From sequence record DRR723986_7184: 32,020 bases of DNA; one strand, written 5' to 3'. Positions 1 to 10,280 of this stretch are shown in pieces. Position 1 is the first letter of the stretch. Each line of letters begins with the position of its first letter. The position numbers were made by a program, and so were the translations under genes. The notes under the pieces are model-generated. The model saw only the letters and a list, made by a program, of their open reading frames with translations, was not told the DNA's origin and did no database searches.

Positions 1-361
1 GGAGGCGGCGGGGCGGCCCCCTTTGATCACACAAAAGTGCGCCCAATCGTTTCTTATTCCGGCCTAAACCCGCTTCAAACCTCAACTCACAGACAACATT
101 CTTTAGAGTTCAACCTTAAAACACGCAAACAACTCTAAAAGCACTGAGCAAGTTTGCAGCGTCCTCTGGTGGCAACCAACATGCATATCCGCAGGAAGTC
201 TGACTGTAAAATTTTGGGCAGGCTGCAAGACTGTAGTCTTGAGCTTCAGCGACAAACAAGATGGCTATGAGAGGCACAGCCCTTTATGCGAAAGTTTAGT
301 CGTGAAACCTCAAATGATCGGAACTGGGGCGCAGGCCGGTCTAGATTGGGTGTGATATGAT

Positions 362-1105
362 TTAGCGGCCACCGAAATCGAGAAAACGTTCCCAGGCCAG
401 GTAGAGCTCCCAAGTAGCGCGAACGTCGCGGAGGCAATACTCGCAGACTTCTTCCAGGCGGCCTTCACGGAAGAATTCGGTAACCATACTTCCATCCACA
501 CCGGCGGCTTTGGGTGAGGTGATTCCGAAGGCTTTTGCGTAGAAATCGAAGTTGTAGCGGCGCTGTGGGCCACTGGATTGAAAACCAAAAAACGAGAGTT
601 CGTCGGCCAGGTCAGTATGATTAAAGTACCGAAACTTGCTGCCGTCCATCAGGTTGCGGCTGGGGCGGACACCACTGACGGCGCTGCGCAGCATCAGAAA
701 TGGGGCATCAAACCCACGGCCATTAAAACTGACCAGGCGGGCTTTGGAATAACGCTCGAGCATACGCCAGAAGTTAACGAGCAATTCCTTTTCGTTACAG
801 GTGATCATTTTACACCCGTCACTCAGTTCGGAATCGCGAGATTCATCTTCGCCAAGAGAAGGATCGTTGGCGAGTGCACCGATTTTCTCGTACTTCCATT
901 CGTCGCCGCTACGCATAACAAGTGCCAGGCCGATGCAGACAATTTGGGAGGTGAATGGTGACAGTGCAAATTCACCGATTTTTTTGAGGCGCTCTTCGTC
1001 GTCTTTGCAGTTGCGTAGCAAATACTCCTGTTGGGACTCGTCAAAATCTTCAATGGGCAGACCGGCGGTCTCGATATCAAATACCAGATACTCATTAACT
1101 TTCAT
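362..1105 (-). CDS. PolB-related 3'-5' exonuclease (DEDDy, RNase H-like fold)
   Basis: ExoI FDIET, ExoII SFNGRGFD and ExoIII YCLRDV motifs. ATG at 1105 preceded by AGGAG, preferred over the TTG at 1129. Confidence 0.85.
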   Translation of the reverse strand: MKVNEYLVFDIETAGLPIEDFDESQQEYLLRNCKDDEERLKKIGEFALSPFTSQIVCIGLALVMRSGDEWKYEKIGALANDPSLGEDESRDSELSDGCKMITCNEKELLVNFWRMLERYSKARLVSFNGRGFDAPFLMLRSAVSGVRPSRNLMDGSKFRYFNHTDLADELSFFGFQSSGPQRRYNFDFYAKAFGITSPKAAGVDGSMVTEFFREGRLEEVCEYCLRDVRATWELYLAWERFLDFGGR

Positions 1106-1291
1106 ATCAAGACTACTCCTTACCCACAAATTACCCTTGGATACTGGGTGTGAGCGACAATTCTACGATCAACGCACCGTGGACTTCTGACGAACTTTCT
1201 GTAAATTGCGATTTGGTTCAACTCCGCAGTCTTAATATAAGCATTAAAAATTGCGTAAGACATTCCTTAGCTTTTCCCGGGAAAAACCTGA

Positions 1292-2152
1292 ATGAGCACT
1301 GATTCCGCGCGCCAGAGTACTGAGACTCCCGACGTCGAACAGCAATCGACTAACAGACCGACAAAAGACGGACTACCCTTTGCCCTAACCATTGGCATTG
1401 GTGTAGGTCTCCTATTTCTAGGTGTTTTGGCCGTTCTAAACGCCGAAAACATCATGACCGCGATTATCGGCGAAGATCGCATTGAGTCGGTCAAAGAAGC
1501 CCGGCGGCTTGCCAAAAGAGGCATAGATACAATTCCTGCTGTGGTGGAAATACCGAAGGTACCAATGGCAGATATGCCGGTACGCGCTGGCTTGCAATCC
1601 TGGATTCGCGCCGGAGATGCCGTTAAAGGCGATAGAGGTGGTGTAGCATACATTCCCGATTTGAGCGGAAATGGAAATCACGCCACGCAAGTACGGCAAA
1701 AGTGGCAGCCAGGGTTAAAAATGGACGCAATCAATGGCCAGGCAGTTTTGCGCTTTGACGGCACGGATGACTTCATGAATTTCGGCTCATACAGTGACTC
1801 AACATACGTGACTGCGGTCTGCGTTTGGCTCAAGCCCAAGGCTGGTGGTGATGCCTTCCAACGCTTATATTCGAGTGGCTCACAAGGGATGGACTACCAG
1901 GCAAAAGGAGTCTACTACATTCCGAAGACCGAGAACAATGGGATTGGTGCTTCGCCGGTTCAAATTACGATGAAGCGACCGCGAAAGATGAAAGACGCGT
2001 CCAACTTCATTATTGGACGTCTCAATGTCAAGTCGGAACCACCGCAGCACTTCTTTGGTCAGCTTGCGGAACTGATGTTGTATGACAGACGCGTCAGTGA
2101 CGAAGAACGCGACCAGATTCAGGCATATTTGACGGCCAAGTACGGTCTCTAA
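1292..2152 (+). CDS. Membrane-anchored LamG/concanavalin A-like jellyroll protein
   Basis: One TM segment (ALTIGIGVGLLFLGVLAVL), then WIRAGD...PDLSGNGNHATQ...INGQAVLRFDGTDD...FFGQLAELMLYDRRVSDEE...YLTAKYG, typical of bacterial LamG-like domains. Confidence 0.7.
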   Translation: MSTDSARQSTETPDVEQQSTNRPTKDGLPFALTIGIGVGLLFLGVLAVLNAENIMTAIIGEDRIESVKEARRLAKRGIDTIPAVVEIPKVPMADMPVRAGLQSWIRAGDAVKGDRGGVAYIPDLSGNGNHATQVRQKWQPGLKMDAINGQAVLRFDGTDDFMNFGSYSDSTYVTAVCVWLKPKAGGDAFQRLYSSGSQGMDYQAKGVYYIPKTENNGIGASPVQITMKRPRKMKDASNFIIGRLNVKSEPPQHFFGQLAELMLYDRRVSDEERDQIQAYLTAKYGL

Positions 2153-2188
2153 TCTCGCGCACCCGCGTTTGCGGCCGGAGCCATTTTT

Positions 2189-3031
2189 ATGTCCCTGATA
2201 GAAGCAATCATCCTGGGTATTGTCCAGGGCCTTACTGAGTTTTTGCCGATCAGCAGCACAGCCCACGTTACGATCTTCGGCTCGTGGTTTGGGCTGGTGG
2301 ACCAGATGGGGGCCAAGGAGTGGACGGTATTTTTGGCGGTAATACAGCTAGGCACACTGGCAGCTGTGTTGGTTTATTTTGCGCGGGATATTTCGAGAAT
2401 CACACGAGCTTTCCTGCGCGAGAACCTAAGCGAACGGCAGAAATTTAAACAGCAGAGCATTGATTCGCGGCTGGGGTGGTACGTCATTCTGGGCTCTATT
2501 CCGATTGGCGTGATTGGCCTTAGCTTTAAGAAGTTTATCGAAGGCGAAGCCACCAAAGATCCGTTCGTAATTGGAACGAGCCTGATTGTTCTGGCGCTTT
2601 TCCTTTTGTGGGCTGAGAAGGTTGCCACATTCCGTAAATCGGTGAGTGATATCGGCCTGCGCGAAGCGATGATTGTTGGTTTTGTTCAGTGTCTGGCCTT
2701 GATTCCCGGCTCTTCACGTTCCGGCACAACGATTACTGCCGGCTTGTTTGTTGGCATGGAGCGCGAAGCGGCGGCTCGATTTTCCTTTCTGTTGAGTATA
2801 CCGGCTGTTGCCGCCAGTGGCCTTCTGGAGTTTGTCCAGTCGATCCCACTCATGGATCAGCAAGGCATGGTTGCACTAATTGTGGCTACTGTCGCATCTG
2901 CAATCAGTGGATATGCTGCTATAGCCTTCCTTTTGCGATTTTTGCGTAACAATTCGACGATGGTCTTTGTAATTTACCGCATAGCGCTCGGTTTACTTGT
3001 CCTGTATCTGGCTTCGCAGTCTATCATCTGA
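2189..3031 (+). CDS. uppP: Undecaprenyl-diphosphatase UppP/BacA
   Basis: GIVQGLTEFLPISSTAH, ALIPGSSRSGTTI and AARFSFLLSIP signatures; multiple TM segments. Confidence 0.97.
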   Translation: MSLIEAIILGIVQGLTEFLPISSTAHVTIFGSWFGLVDQMGAKEWTVFLAVIQLGTLAAVLVYFARDISRITRAFLRENLSERQKFKQQSIDSRLGWYVILGSIPIGVIGLSFKKFIEGEATKDPFVIGTSLIVLALFLLWAEKVATFRKSVSDIGLREAMIVGFVQCLALIPGSSRSGTTITAGLFVGMEREAAARFSFLLSIPAVAASGLLEFVQSIPLMDQQGMVALIVATVASAISGYAAIAFLLRFLRNNSTMVFVIYRIALGLLVLYLASQSII

Positions 3032-3163
3032 GTGGCTCTCCCAAAAAGAGTTGTCCGGTCGCTTCAACACCTGAAACTATGTGGTGCGATTATGCAGCAA
3101 CTGATATGGCAGCACGCTTCCCGACCGAGCCCAGACCGCGCCGGCAATCTCATCAATCCCTGG

Positions 3164-3937
3164 ATGACGACCTGCATTTTTTGCCTGTTATTCGCAATAG
3201 GACTAGCTGGATGTGACAGAAGCAGTTTGCCACCGCCGCCGGCAGAGATTATCAATGATTCGGCTTTGAGCACAGGGCAAGACAGTTTGCCTGCCCCAAA
3301 CACTGACTCAACCGCACAGACGGAATCACCTGGACCAGAGCAAGCAGACGACGAGCAAACCGAACTCGGTACTAAACGCTTCAGAATATACACGACGATC
3401 GGTCCGATAGACGGCATCTTATATGAAAAAGAAGCTCCAAAAACGGTAGAAAACTTTATCGATCTGGCACGCCGGCAGCACTTCAACCGCTTACCATTTC
3501 ACCGGGTAGCGGCGAACTTTGTAGTGCAAAGCGGCAACCCAAATACACGTCGGCGCAGTAGCTGGCGTACGTATATTGACACGGCCCTGGAGATTTCAGA
3601 AGAACGGCTTTTGGAATGGCAGCAAGGTGGAGAGAGTTCGTTTGGTGCGCCATTTGAAGATGAGATTGATACAAATGCCGCAAGTGTTCAACGCGGTTAC
3701 GTGCGTGGCGTCGTAGCTATGGCCAATCGCGGAGCAAACTCCAATGGCAGCCAGTTCTTTATCTGTCTGCGTGATTTACCGGAATTGGCGCCGCGCTACA
3801 CAATTTTTGGGCATATCACTAAGGGCATGGAACTTGTAGACAGCATTGCGGCTTCGGAGGTTCTGCCTCTGCGCAACGAGTTCGACGGCTGGCCGATCAA
3901 CCCAGTAGAGATCCGCTGGGTGACCATGCTACGTTAG
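3164..3937 (+). CDS. Cyclophilin-type peptidyl-prolyl cis-trans isomerase, probable lipoprotein
   Basis: APKTVENF, FHRVAANFVVQSG, AMANRGANSNGSQFFI and YTIFG motifs. Lipobox LAGC follows a hydrophobic stretch from ATG 3164 (alternative starts 3092 or 3032). Confidence 0.88.
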   Translation: MTTCIFCLLFAIGLAGCDRSSLPPPPAEIINDSALSTGQDSLPAPNTDSTAQTESPGPEQADDEQTELGTKRFRIYTTIGPIDGILYEKEAPKTVENFIDLARRQHFNRLPFHRVAANFVVQSGNPNTRRRSSWRTYIDTALEISEERLLEWQQGGESSFGAPFEDEIDTNAASVQRGYVRGVVAMANRGANSNGSQFFICLRDLPELAPRYTIFGHITKGMELVDSIAASEVLPLRNEFDGWPINPVEIRWVTMLR

Positions 3938-3972
3938 AACTACACTGTAATTTTGCACACTGCCGCACTGCA

Positions 3973-4878
3973 TTAGTCGGGTTCTTTGACCTTGGCAAGC
4001 AGTGGGCCACGCAGTCCTTCATATCCTGTCAGTTCGGCATCGATGGCACCAATGACGACCTGGGTCCGTACCTTAACGGGAATTTTGCGCTCATCATCGC
4101 TTAACCAGATCAGGATGCGCCCCTCACTTTTAAATAGTCCGCCCTCAACGACCAGGGGTTCAATTACAACGCAACGAAATTTGCCGGCTTCGACCTCTAC
4201 AGTTTGACGGCCCAACACGCGAACGGGTAGTGCATACACAGTGTCTTTATAGAAATTACTCAGGTTGACCGTGTCGCCCTTTTTCTTGTCCTGCAAATTT
4301 TGCGTGCGCAGGTAATAAAACGCCGAAACGATGTCGTGCGTAAAGGGCTCAAGTTCGTACTCGCCTTTGTCTGTAATGGCTTTGTGATTGATTTGATCTA
4401 ACTCAGCCTTAAAGTCGCGTTTGTAATTACCTTCGCGAATACGCTGTTCAAAACGCCAGGGAAAGATTCCATCGATATCCAGCACGGTACGATAGCGATC
4501 GCGGACGCGGTAGAGCCAATCCAGGCTTTTGAGGGAACGGACTTCAAACTGAACATCAAAACACTCACGGCCATTGTATGTTAGCGGCTGCGGAGCGATT
4601 CTAAAGGAAGCGGTCCCGGCGGTGATAAATTTATAGCCAATTTTGTACTTGAGATGTTCACCAAAGCCATAGGCATCATTTTGAACGTAGCGCAACGGCG
4701 CGGCAATGGCGGGAGTGTCGGCCGCGACTGCAGTTGATTCCGGCATAGGCTCAAGGCCTGGAACGCTGCTCTCAGCATCAGAATTTGCCTGTGCGGCAGG
4801 CTGAGCAGAGAGGTGCATCGGCAAGGCAACTACCAGAACAAGTAGAAATATCAAAAATGTCAATTGCCTGAATTGCAT
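3973..4878 (-). CDS. DUF3108-family exported protein
   Basis: Signal peptide; GEHLKYKIGYKFITAG...YRVRDRY...IREGNY...DIVSAFYYLR...WLSDDERKIPVK pattern; GAGGGAG RBS. Confidence 0.78.
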   Translation of the reverse strand: MQFRQLTFLIFLLVLVVALPMHLSAQPAAQANSDAESSVPGLEPMPESTAVAADTPAIAAPLRYVQNDAYGFGEHLKYKIGYKFITAGTASFRIAPQPLTYNGRECFDVQFEVRSLKSLDWLYRVRDRYRTVLDIDGIFPWRFEQRIREGNYKRDFKAELDQINHKAITDKGEYELEPFTHDIVSAFYYLRTQNLQDKKKGDTVNLSNFYKDTVYALPVRVLGRQTVEVEAGKFRCVVIEPLVVEGGLFKSEGRILIWLSDDERKIPVKVRTQVVIGAIDAELTGYEGLRGPLLAKVKEPD

Positions 4879-5043
4879 ACTACATCTCCCTCATTGAACG
4901 TAAAGGCCGGCCGGAAAGTCGCATAGCCCTTACAGACAGGTTACGCAATAACTACGCATGAAATCGCATAAAGTTTGCCGGGGATAAGGCAGCTGGATGG
5001 ACGAACAGCCGTACTGGATGATTGGCTGCGCTTAAGTGCCTGC

Positions 5044-6165
5044 TCAGGATCGAACACAGGTTCGATAGATTTGCAAGGTTTGTTTTGCTGTCTGTTCGCA
5101 GCTGAATTGCTGTACATGATTGGCTGCGCCGTCAACCAAAGTTTGGCGCAAGCGCACATCTTGCAGTAACCGCACCAGGCTGTCGGCCAGGGATGCAACA
5201 TCTGCGACTGGTGCGCTAAGTCCAGTTTTTTCGTGAATTACTAATTCTGGAATTCCGCCGGCTTGAGTTGCGACGACAGCTACACGAGCGGCAAAAGCAT
5301 CCAGAATCGACGTTCCGAGCCCTTCAGTGCTGGATGTCATCAAAAATATATCCAGTCCGGGGAGAATTGCCGGGATGTCATCTCGAAATCCAAGCAATGT
5401 AATGTTGCCCTTCAGCAGTTTTGACGCATCGATTCGGGCTTCGATATCTGTCCGTTCAGCACCTTCACCAATGAGCACAAAGTGCACCTTGTACCTGGCA
5501 TCTGCGAGTATTCTTTCGGCTACCTTGAGTAAAGTCTTGTGGTCTTTGTGGGGGGCAAGCGCGGCAACGTTGCCGATAAGAGTAACATCCTCGGCTACTC
5601 TTAGCTCAGTACGCAGGCTATTCTTTGGGTTCGTAGTTGTTTCCTGCGGAGCGTGAGCGGCAAATTTTGACAGATCGATACCACTATAGACGACTTCTAT
5701 TCTCTTTGAGGTCCCCAAAGATTGTCTAACAATTTCACGGATTGCCCTGGACACGCAGAGAATCACTGCCACCCGGGGATGCCGATACTTCCATTGGGTG
5801 AAGCGTGCAGACTTTAATGGGAAGTCAACTCTGCGGCTGACGACAATCGGCACTTGCAATTTGAAGAGGCTGGCGGCCAACACAGCCACATTATGCGCTT
5901 TGGCATCATGCACATGGATACAGTCGGCCTGGATACTCCTGGCAAGTTTGGCGCACTGCCTGGCGGCGCCTATTCCCAGTAAACCTTGTGAATCATAGCC
6001 GGTAACGCGAATACTGTTCTGGGAGCAGAAGTCTGCCAGAGGTGCCCCTACCGGGCAAAATACGTGAGATTCCTGTTTAAGAATGCGCAAGCCCTGCAGG
6101 AGATAGGCTACCTGCTGTTCACCTCCACGCCATGTTTTTGGCGTGGAGATGTGTAGAATTCGCAA
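5044..6165 (-). CDS. GT4-family (GT-B) glycosyltransferase
   Basis: WRGGEQQ, SRRVDF, NVAALAPHKDH, EGLGTSILDA (variant of E-x7-E) and GGIPE motifs; TTG start. Confidence 0.92.
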   Translation of the reverse strand: MRILHISTPKTWRGGEQQVAYLLQGLRILKQESHVFCPVGAPLADFCSQNSIRVTGYDSQGLLGIGAARQCAKLARSIQADCIHVHDAKAHNVAVLAASLFKLQVPIVVSRRVDFPLKSARFTQWKYRHPRVAVILCVSRAIREIVRQSLGTSKRIEVVYSGIDLSKFAAHAPQETTTNPKNSLRTELRVAEDVTLIGNVAALAPHKDHKTLLKVAERILADARYKVHFVLIGEGAERTDIEARIDASKLLKGNITLLGFRDDIPAILPGLDIFLMTSSTEGLGTSILDAFAARVAVVATQAGGIPELVIHEKTGLSAPVADVASLADSLVRLLQDVRLRQTLVDGAANHVQQFSCEQTAKQTLQIYRTCVRS

Positions 6166-6197
6166 GGGAACATCTCTAAGCGTGGCCAGAGTAACAC

Positions 6198-6980
6198 TTA
6201 CCGGATTTGAAGTGAGTGACTTTGCTGCGTACTGTTTGGAATCTGCACTTTTACGACGTACATGCCGGCGCTAAGCTGCGAAACATCAAACACTGGTTTT
6301 GACTCGGTGATTTTGAAGTTAGCCAGTTCAACACCAAGAATGTTGTGGACCGTCAACACTGTCCCAAACGGGAGTTCGGCATCCAAGCTAAAACTTGTGT
6401 TCGCTGGGTTTGGAAACAGCATTGCCGTACTAGTGCTGTACTTGTCATCTTCTACTGATGTCTTCGTGAAATTGTACCAAATGTCAACATTTAGTTCACG
6501 CACAAAGGAGTTCTCGATCAATATACTGCCTTCATCACGCATGTTGATTTCCGGCACATTAAATTTGTTGTTGTCGTAAATGATGGCCGAATCGATTGCC
6601 CAATGTAGATCCTGATCCCAGCTAACTGTGATTGTAAAGCCAGATGCACGGCTTACGTCAATCTTATACGTGATCATAAACTGCCCTTCTCTCATTTCAC
6701 GCAGATCACGGTATGAACTTGTGATGTCCGTAAACTCATTACACTCTTCCGGCAGGCGCATGCGAGCGGAAAGTGTAGATGGAGCAAAGGGCGGTAACTC
6801 AACTTCGGCAAGGTCTTTATCGATACAATCTGTAGCAAGGTCATGCACCCCTGCAACGACTATGCGAGTAGGATGCGAGGCGAGGCTCGAATTGAATGTG
6901 AGGGCCACAACTGATGAGTCTTGCGCCAACACCTCTCCAGCGCAAATTAGCGCTACCAAAACTGTTAGTATGATTTTCAT
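6198..6980 (-). CDS. Small T9SS-secreted protein: signal peptide + shared beta module + type A sorting domain
   Basis: MKIILTVLVALICAGEVLA-Q signal peptide at ATG 6980. C-terminal LFPNPA...VHNILG...FDVSQLSAGMYVVKV. The longer ORF from 7142 starts inside a terminator. Confidence 0.82.
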   Translation of the reverse strand: MKIILTVLVALICAGEVLAQDSSVVALTFNSSLASHPTRIVVAGVHDLATDCIDKDLAEVELPPFAPSTLSARMRLPEECNEFTDITSSYRDLREMREGQFMITYKIDVSRASGFTITVSWDQDLHWAIDSAIIYDNNKFNVPEINMRDEGSILIENSFVRELNVDIWYNFTKTSVEDDKYSTSTAMLFPNPANTSFSLDAELPFGTVLTVHNILGVELANFKITESKPVFDVSQLSAGMYVVKVQIPNSTQQSHSLQIR

Positions 6981-7103
6981 TTGAATCTCTCTGATTGTTT
7001 TTCTGTCACTAATGACGAAGTACATCCGGGAGAAATTCTCTCTGCCGAGCCGACATGAATCGACTAAGAGAATTCCACACAGATAAGACAAAACGTTTAC
7101 TCT

Positions 7104-7142
7104 AAAAAAAATGGGGCAACAAGCGATTGCCTGCTGCCCCAT
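7104..7142 (-). terminator. Rho-independent terminator of the large T9SS-cargo operon
   Basis: Minus strand reads ATGGGGCAGCAGGC-AATC-GCTTGTTGCCCCAT followed by a T7 tract, about 47 nt after the stop at 7190. Confidence 0.85.
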
Positions 7143-7189
7143 CTATCTTCATCCATTCAATCTACCAGAATCAACCCGAAAGGGATTGA

Positions 7190-10100
7190 TTACTTCACGA
7201 TTGTCATCGTACGTGAAGCGGTGTTGTCACCAGCTGTCAGCGTATAGATGTACGAACCGATAGGCAGATTTGAGCTATCGAAGTTCAGCGTGTGTGCGCC
7301 GGCTGCGTATTCAGCGTTACCGAGAACGGCAACTTCAACACCCAGTGTATTGTAGATCGAAACGGTCACGAATGCTTTGTCAGCGATTGTGAAGTTAATT
7401 GCCGTTTGATCACTGACCGGATTTGGTGTGTTTTGCTGCAGGCTGAAGCCTGTAACAATCGTACCGGATTTGGCCAGTTTGATGGCGTCAACACTTTCGT
7501 TAGTGATAACGAGAGGCTGATTTTTGCTTGTGTAGCCGAGTTCTGCACCCGTCTGTGCGTTGTACACAGTGTAACGAGCATAGTCATCATTTACAGCAAC
7601 TTCGATTGGATAGGTAGCACCGCTGATGACGACGAAAGGATCTTGTACGTCATCTACGTAACGGTCGCTGCTAAAGCGAACATCGAACATGTCATTTGCC
7701 ATAGCTGGCGGCAGGTTAAAACGCTGCATGTTAACGTTCATGCTCGAAGGAGCGATATAAACTTTACCGGAGCGAGCAGCAGCATCGTTGATGCTTACAA
7801 GCACACTGTTGTCGAGAACGTATTCGCGAACATTATTGCTTGTAGCTGAAGACTTGGAGTTTGTAGCGTCCATTGTCAGGATACCAACACCCAGGTCATT
7901 AGGATCAGCTGCTTCAATAGCGAGCCAGTAACCATAACCTGGCAGCAGCTCACTTACTTCACGGTAACCTTCGTTTGTGACGTACTCATATACACCGCCA
8001 ACGCGTTCTGGAACAGGCTGACCTTGGTATGAGCGGAATTCGATTTGACCAATGTCAATTGGAACTGAGAGTCCACCAATCGTATTCCAGCCATCTTCAA
8101 CGCGAACCTGGTACAGTGTTCCTGGACCAATGCTACGAACTGTTACACCGGCGATTGACTCATCAAGTACGGCACCGTACTTAACGAAGTAACCAACACC
8201 GAAGCGCAGTTGACCATCCGGCTCAGTACGATAGAGGTCAGCTGAATAGAATTGTGGAGCTTCCAGTGCGTTTGCATAAACATCACGATAGAAGCCACTT
8301 CCTGGACGTACCGGAAGTGAAATGAGGTTCCAACCAGAGTTCAGATTAGGAATACGTACGCGTTTTGGCGGAGTGTATTCGATCAGGAACGAGTTGATAC
8401 GAGCATCTTCGATTGTAAATGTCAGCAGTGTTTGCTCACCAGGTACACGAGTAGCTTCACGCATGTTCGTTGAGAAGATACCACCGTTGATTGTATCACG
8501 CAGGAACAACTGTGCACCGTCTGGGAAATCACGGATATCCCAAGTCAGTGTAACAGGATAGTTTTCTGCGCCACCGGCGTCAAAACGAGCTGTGAAAGCA
8601 ATTGTACGGTCTTCTTCGAGAGCATCGCGAATATCAATTGAGGCCGAACGGTTTGTAAGGTCACCCATACCGTTTGGTACGATGTCGTTGCCATTTTCGT
8701 CTTTTGGATACCAGCGAGCGCTGAAGCCACTTTGTGGCAGAGCTTGTGCAGCTTCACCAAACAGCAGGTCAACGTCATCTGTTGCACGAACACCAGTACC
8801 GAAGAGCATAGTTGTACGCTCAACTGGGCTGTTGGAGTTCTCAACAACAAGCTCGATACCACGACCAGTTACAAACTGGCTGCGGATGTCTGTTTCTTCA
8901 TTTGGCTCGATTGGGTTACGGAACATGATAAATGTTACGCGCAAACGAACCGGAGAAATCAGAGCTGACTCACTTGTGAATGTGATGTAACCAACATAAC
9001 GACCAGCTGGGCTTTCAGTAGCTACCAGTGCGTCGGCATCACAGATAATCTCAAGTACGAGTGTTGGGTCTGCATCCGTTGGAATACCAAGCGGATTACG
9101 GTGGCCTTCACCAAGGATGCGGTCGATGATATCGATCGTACCTTCGCTAGCTTCACGTGGGATTGGGCGCTTTGGCAAGCCAGCAGGTGTTACAAACTTC
9201 AACCAAGGCTGATCCGACTCAACACGGATGTCAGTCAGACGCGTCGATGGAACGAGGTTGATAACATCAACACGGCGACGTGCTTTGTTTTCCTGTGCAC
9301 CATGGTCTACAGCTGAAGAGTCAAGTGTGATGGCGTCAATCATACGCCACTCACCACGCTCTGTACCTTCAACTTCTTCTACAACAGCGTTAGCGCCTTC
9401 CGTTGGAGCGAATCCAAGGATTGGGAGCTCAGTAACGTTCAGGTAGATTACACCAGGACGCGTAGCTTCGTTGTTGTTAAACTCTGCATTGTTGCTGTTG
9501 TTGATACCTTCCAGACCAGCGAACTCGTCTGGTGGTGGCTCACCTTGGAATTGAGCGTCAGTTACCCAACGGTCATTCCACATCAGCGTATCGTTTGTAA
9601 GAATCAATGGCGAGTTGTCAGAGACCGTAGCAGGCTGAGCAATTACTTCAAAACGAATGTAGAAGAACTCAGCATATTCGCGGTCACGGCAAGTTGGGTT
9701 AGGCAGACCTTCTGGTGCGGGTGACAACGGAAGCTCGTCCGAAGTAGTACCCGTGATACGAATGCGACGACCTTGAGGCTCAGGAAGTGAACCAAGGCTC
9801 GCTTTGTATGTTGGGTCTTCGATATCTTCCCAGTCTAAGCGAAAGTTCTTCGCCAGAGAAAAGACATCATCCGGGTTAGGTCCAACTTTCTGCAAACCAA
9901 CGGCACGCAGGGCGCGACCATCGTACTGCAGTTTCATTGTAAAGCTTTTGATTGGCTCTACAGTTGCAATTTCATCAACTGATTCCCAACAGTTTTTGAT
10001 GAGAACAGGCACGAGAATTTCGCGAGAGGGCTTATTGTCCTCGGAGCGAGGTACCCACATGCGCAGGTCCGGGTGGAAGGTACCGTTACCGAGAAATGTT

Positions 10101-10240
10101 TCATTCTCGGAGATAAGTTTCAAAGCCGGTAGCTCCGGGAACTGTCCAAATGCGTCATCAGTGTCGAGAATGGAAAAGGCGCCGGTAAGCAATACCAGGG
10201 CCATTGCTTTCCATCCTAGCAATGAATACTTCTTGCGCAT
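7190..10240 (-). CDS. T9SS-secreted multidomain protein: cohesin-like, BACON-like, two shared modules, GWNL-repeat domain, CTD
   Basis: AGGAG RBS and signal peptide. Cohesin-like EILVPVLIKN...IKSFTMKLQYD...IRITG...FFYIRFEV; SDQPWL...GRYVGYITF; GWNLISLPV/GWNTIGG; C-terminal FSLQQNTPNP...IYNTLG...LPIGSYIYTL...MTIVK. Confidence 0.82.
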   Translation of the reverse strand: MRKKYSLLGWKAMALVLLTGAFSILDTDDAFGQFPELPALKLISENETFLGNGTFHPDLRMWVPRSEDNKPSREILVPVLIKNCWESVDEIATVEPIKSFTMKLQYDGRALRAVGLQKVGPNPDDVFSLAKNFRLDWEDIEDPTYKASLGSLPEPQGRRIRITGTTSDELPLSPAPEGLPNPTCRDREYAEFFYIRFEVIAQPATVSDNSPLILTNDTLMWNDRWVTDAQFQGEPPPDEFAGLEGINNSNNAEFNNNEATRPGVIYLNVTELPILGFAPTEGANAVVEEVEGTERGEWRMIDAITLDSSAVDHGAQENKARRRVDVINLVPSTRLTDIRVESDQPWLKFVTPAGLPKRPIPREASEGTIDIIDRILGEGHRNPLGIPTDADPTLVLEIICDADALVATESPAGRYVGYITFTSESALISPVRLRVTFIMFRNPIEPNEETDIRSQFVTGRGIELVVENSNSPVERTTMLFGTGVRATDDVDLLFGEAAQALPQSGFSARWYPKDENGNDIVPNGMGDLTNRSASIDIRDALEEDRTIAFTARFDAGGAENYPVTLTWDIRDFPDGAQLFLRDTINGGIFSTNMREATRVPGEQTLLTFTIEDARINSFLIEYTPPKRVRIPNLNSGWNLISLPVRPGSGFYRDVYANALEAPQFYSADLYRTEPDGQLRFGVGYFVKYGAVLDESIAGVTVRSIGPGTLYQVRVEDGWNTIGGLSVPIDIGQIEFRSYQGQPVPERVGGVYEYVTNEGYREVSELLPGYGYWLAIEAADPNDLGVGILTMDATNSKSSATSNNVREYVLDNSVLVSINDAAARSGKVYIAPSSMNVNMQRFNLPPAMANDMFDVRFSSDRYVDDVQDPFVVISGATYPIEVAVNDDYARYTVYNAQTGAELGYTSKNQPLVITNESVDAIKLAKSGTIVTGFSLQQNTPNPVSDQTAINFTIADKAFVTVSIYNTLGVEVAVLGNAEYAAGAHTLNFDSSNLPIGSYIYTLTAGDNTASRTMTIVK

Positions 10241-10280
10241 AAATTTCTCCTGGATACAAAAATGGATGAATTGTTAAGAT

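Noticed and set aside
102-241. 9-bp inverted repeat (102-110/131-139) and CAAGACT-GT-AGTCTTG palindrome (226-241)
   Set aside because: Short, without U-tract or context; cannot be told apart from chance.
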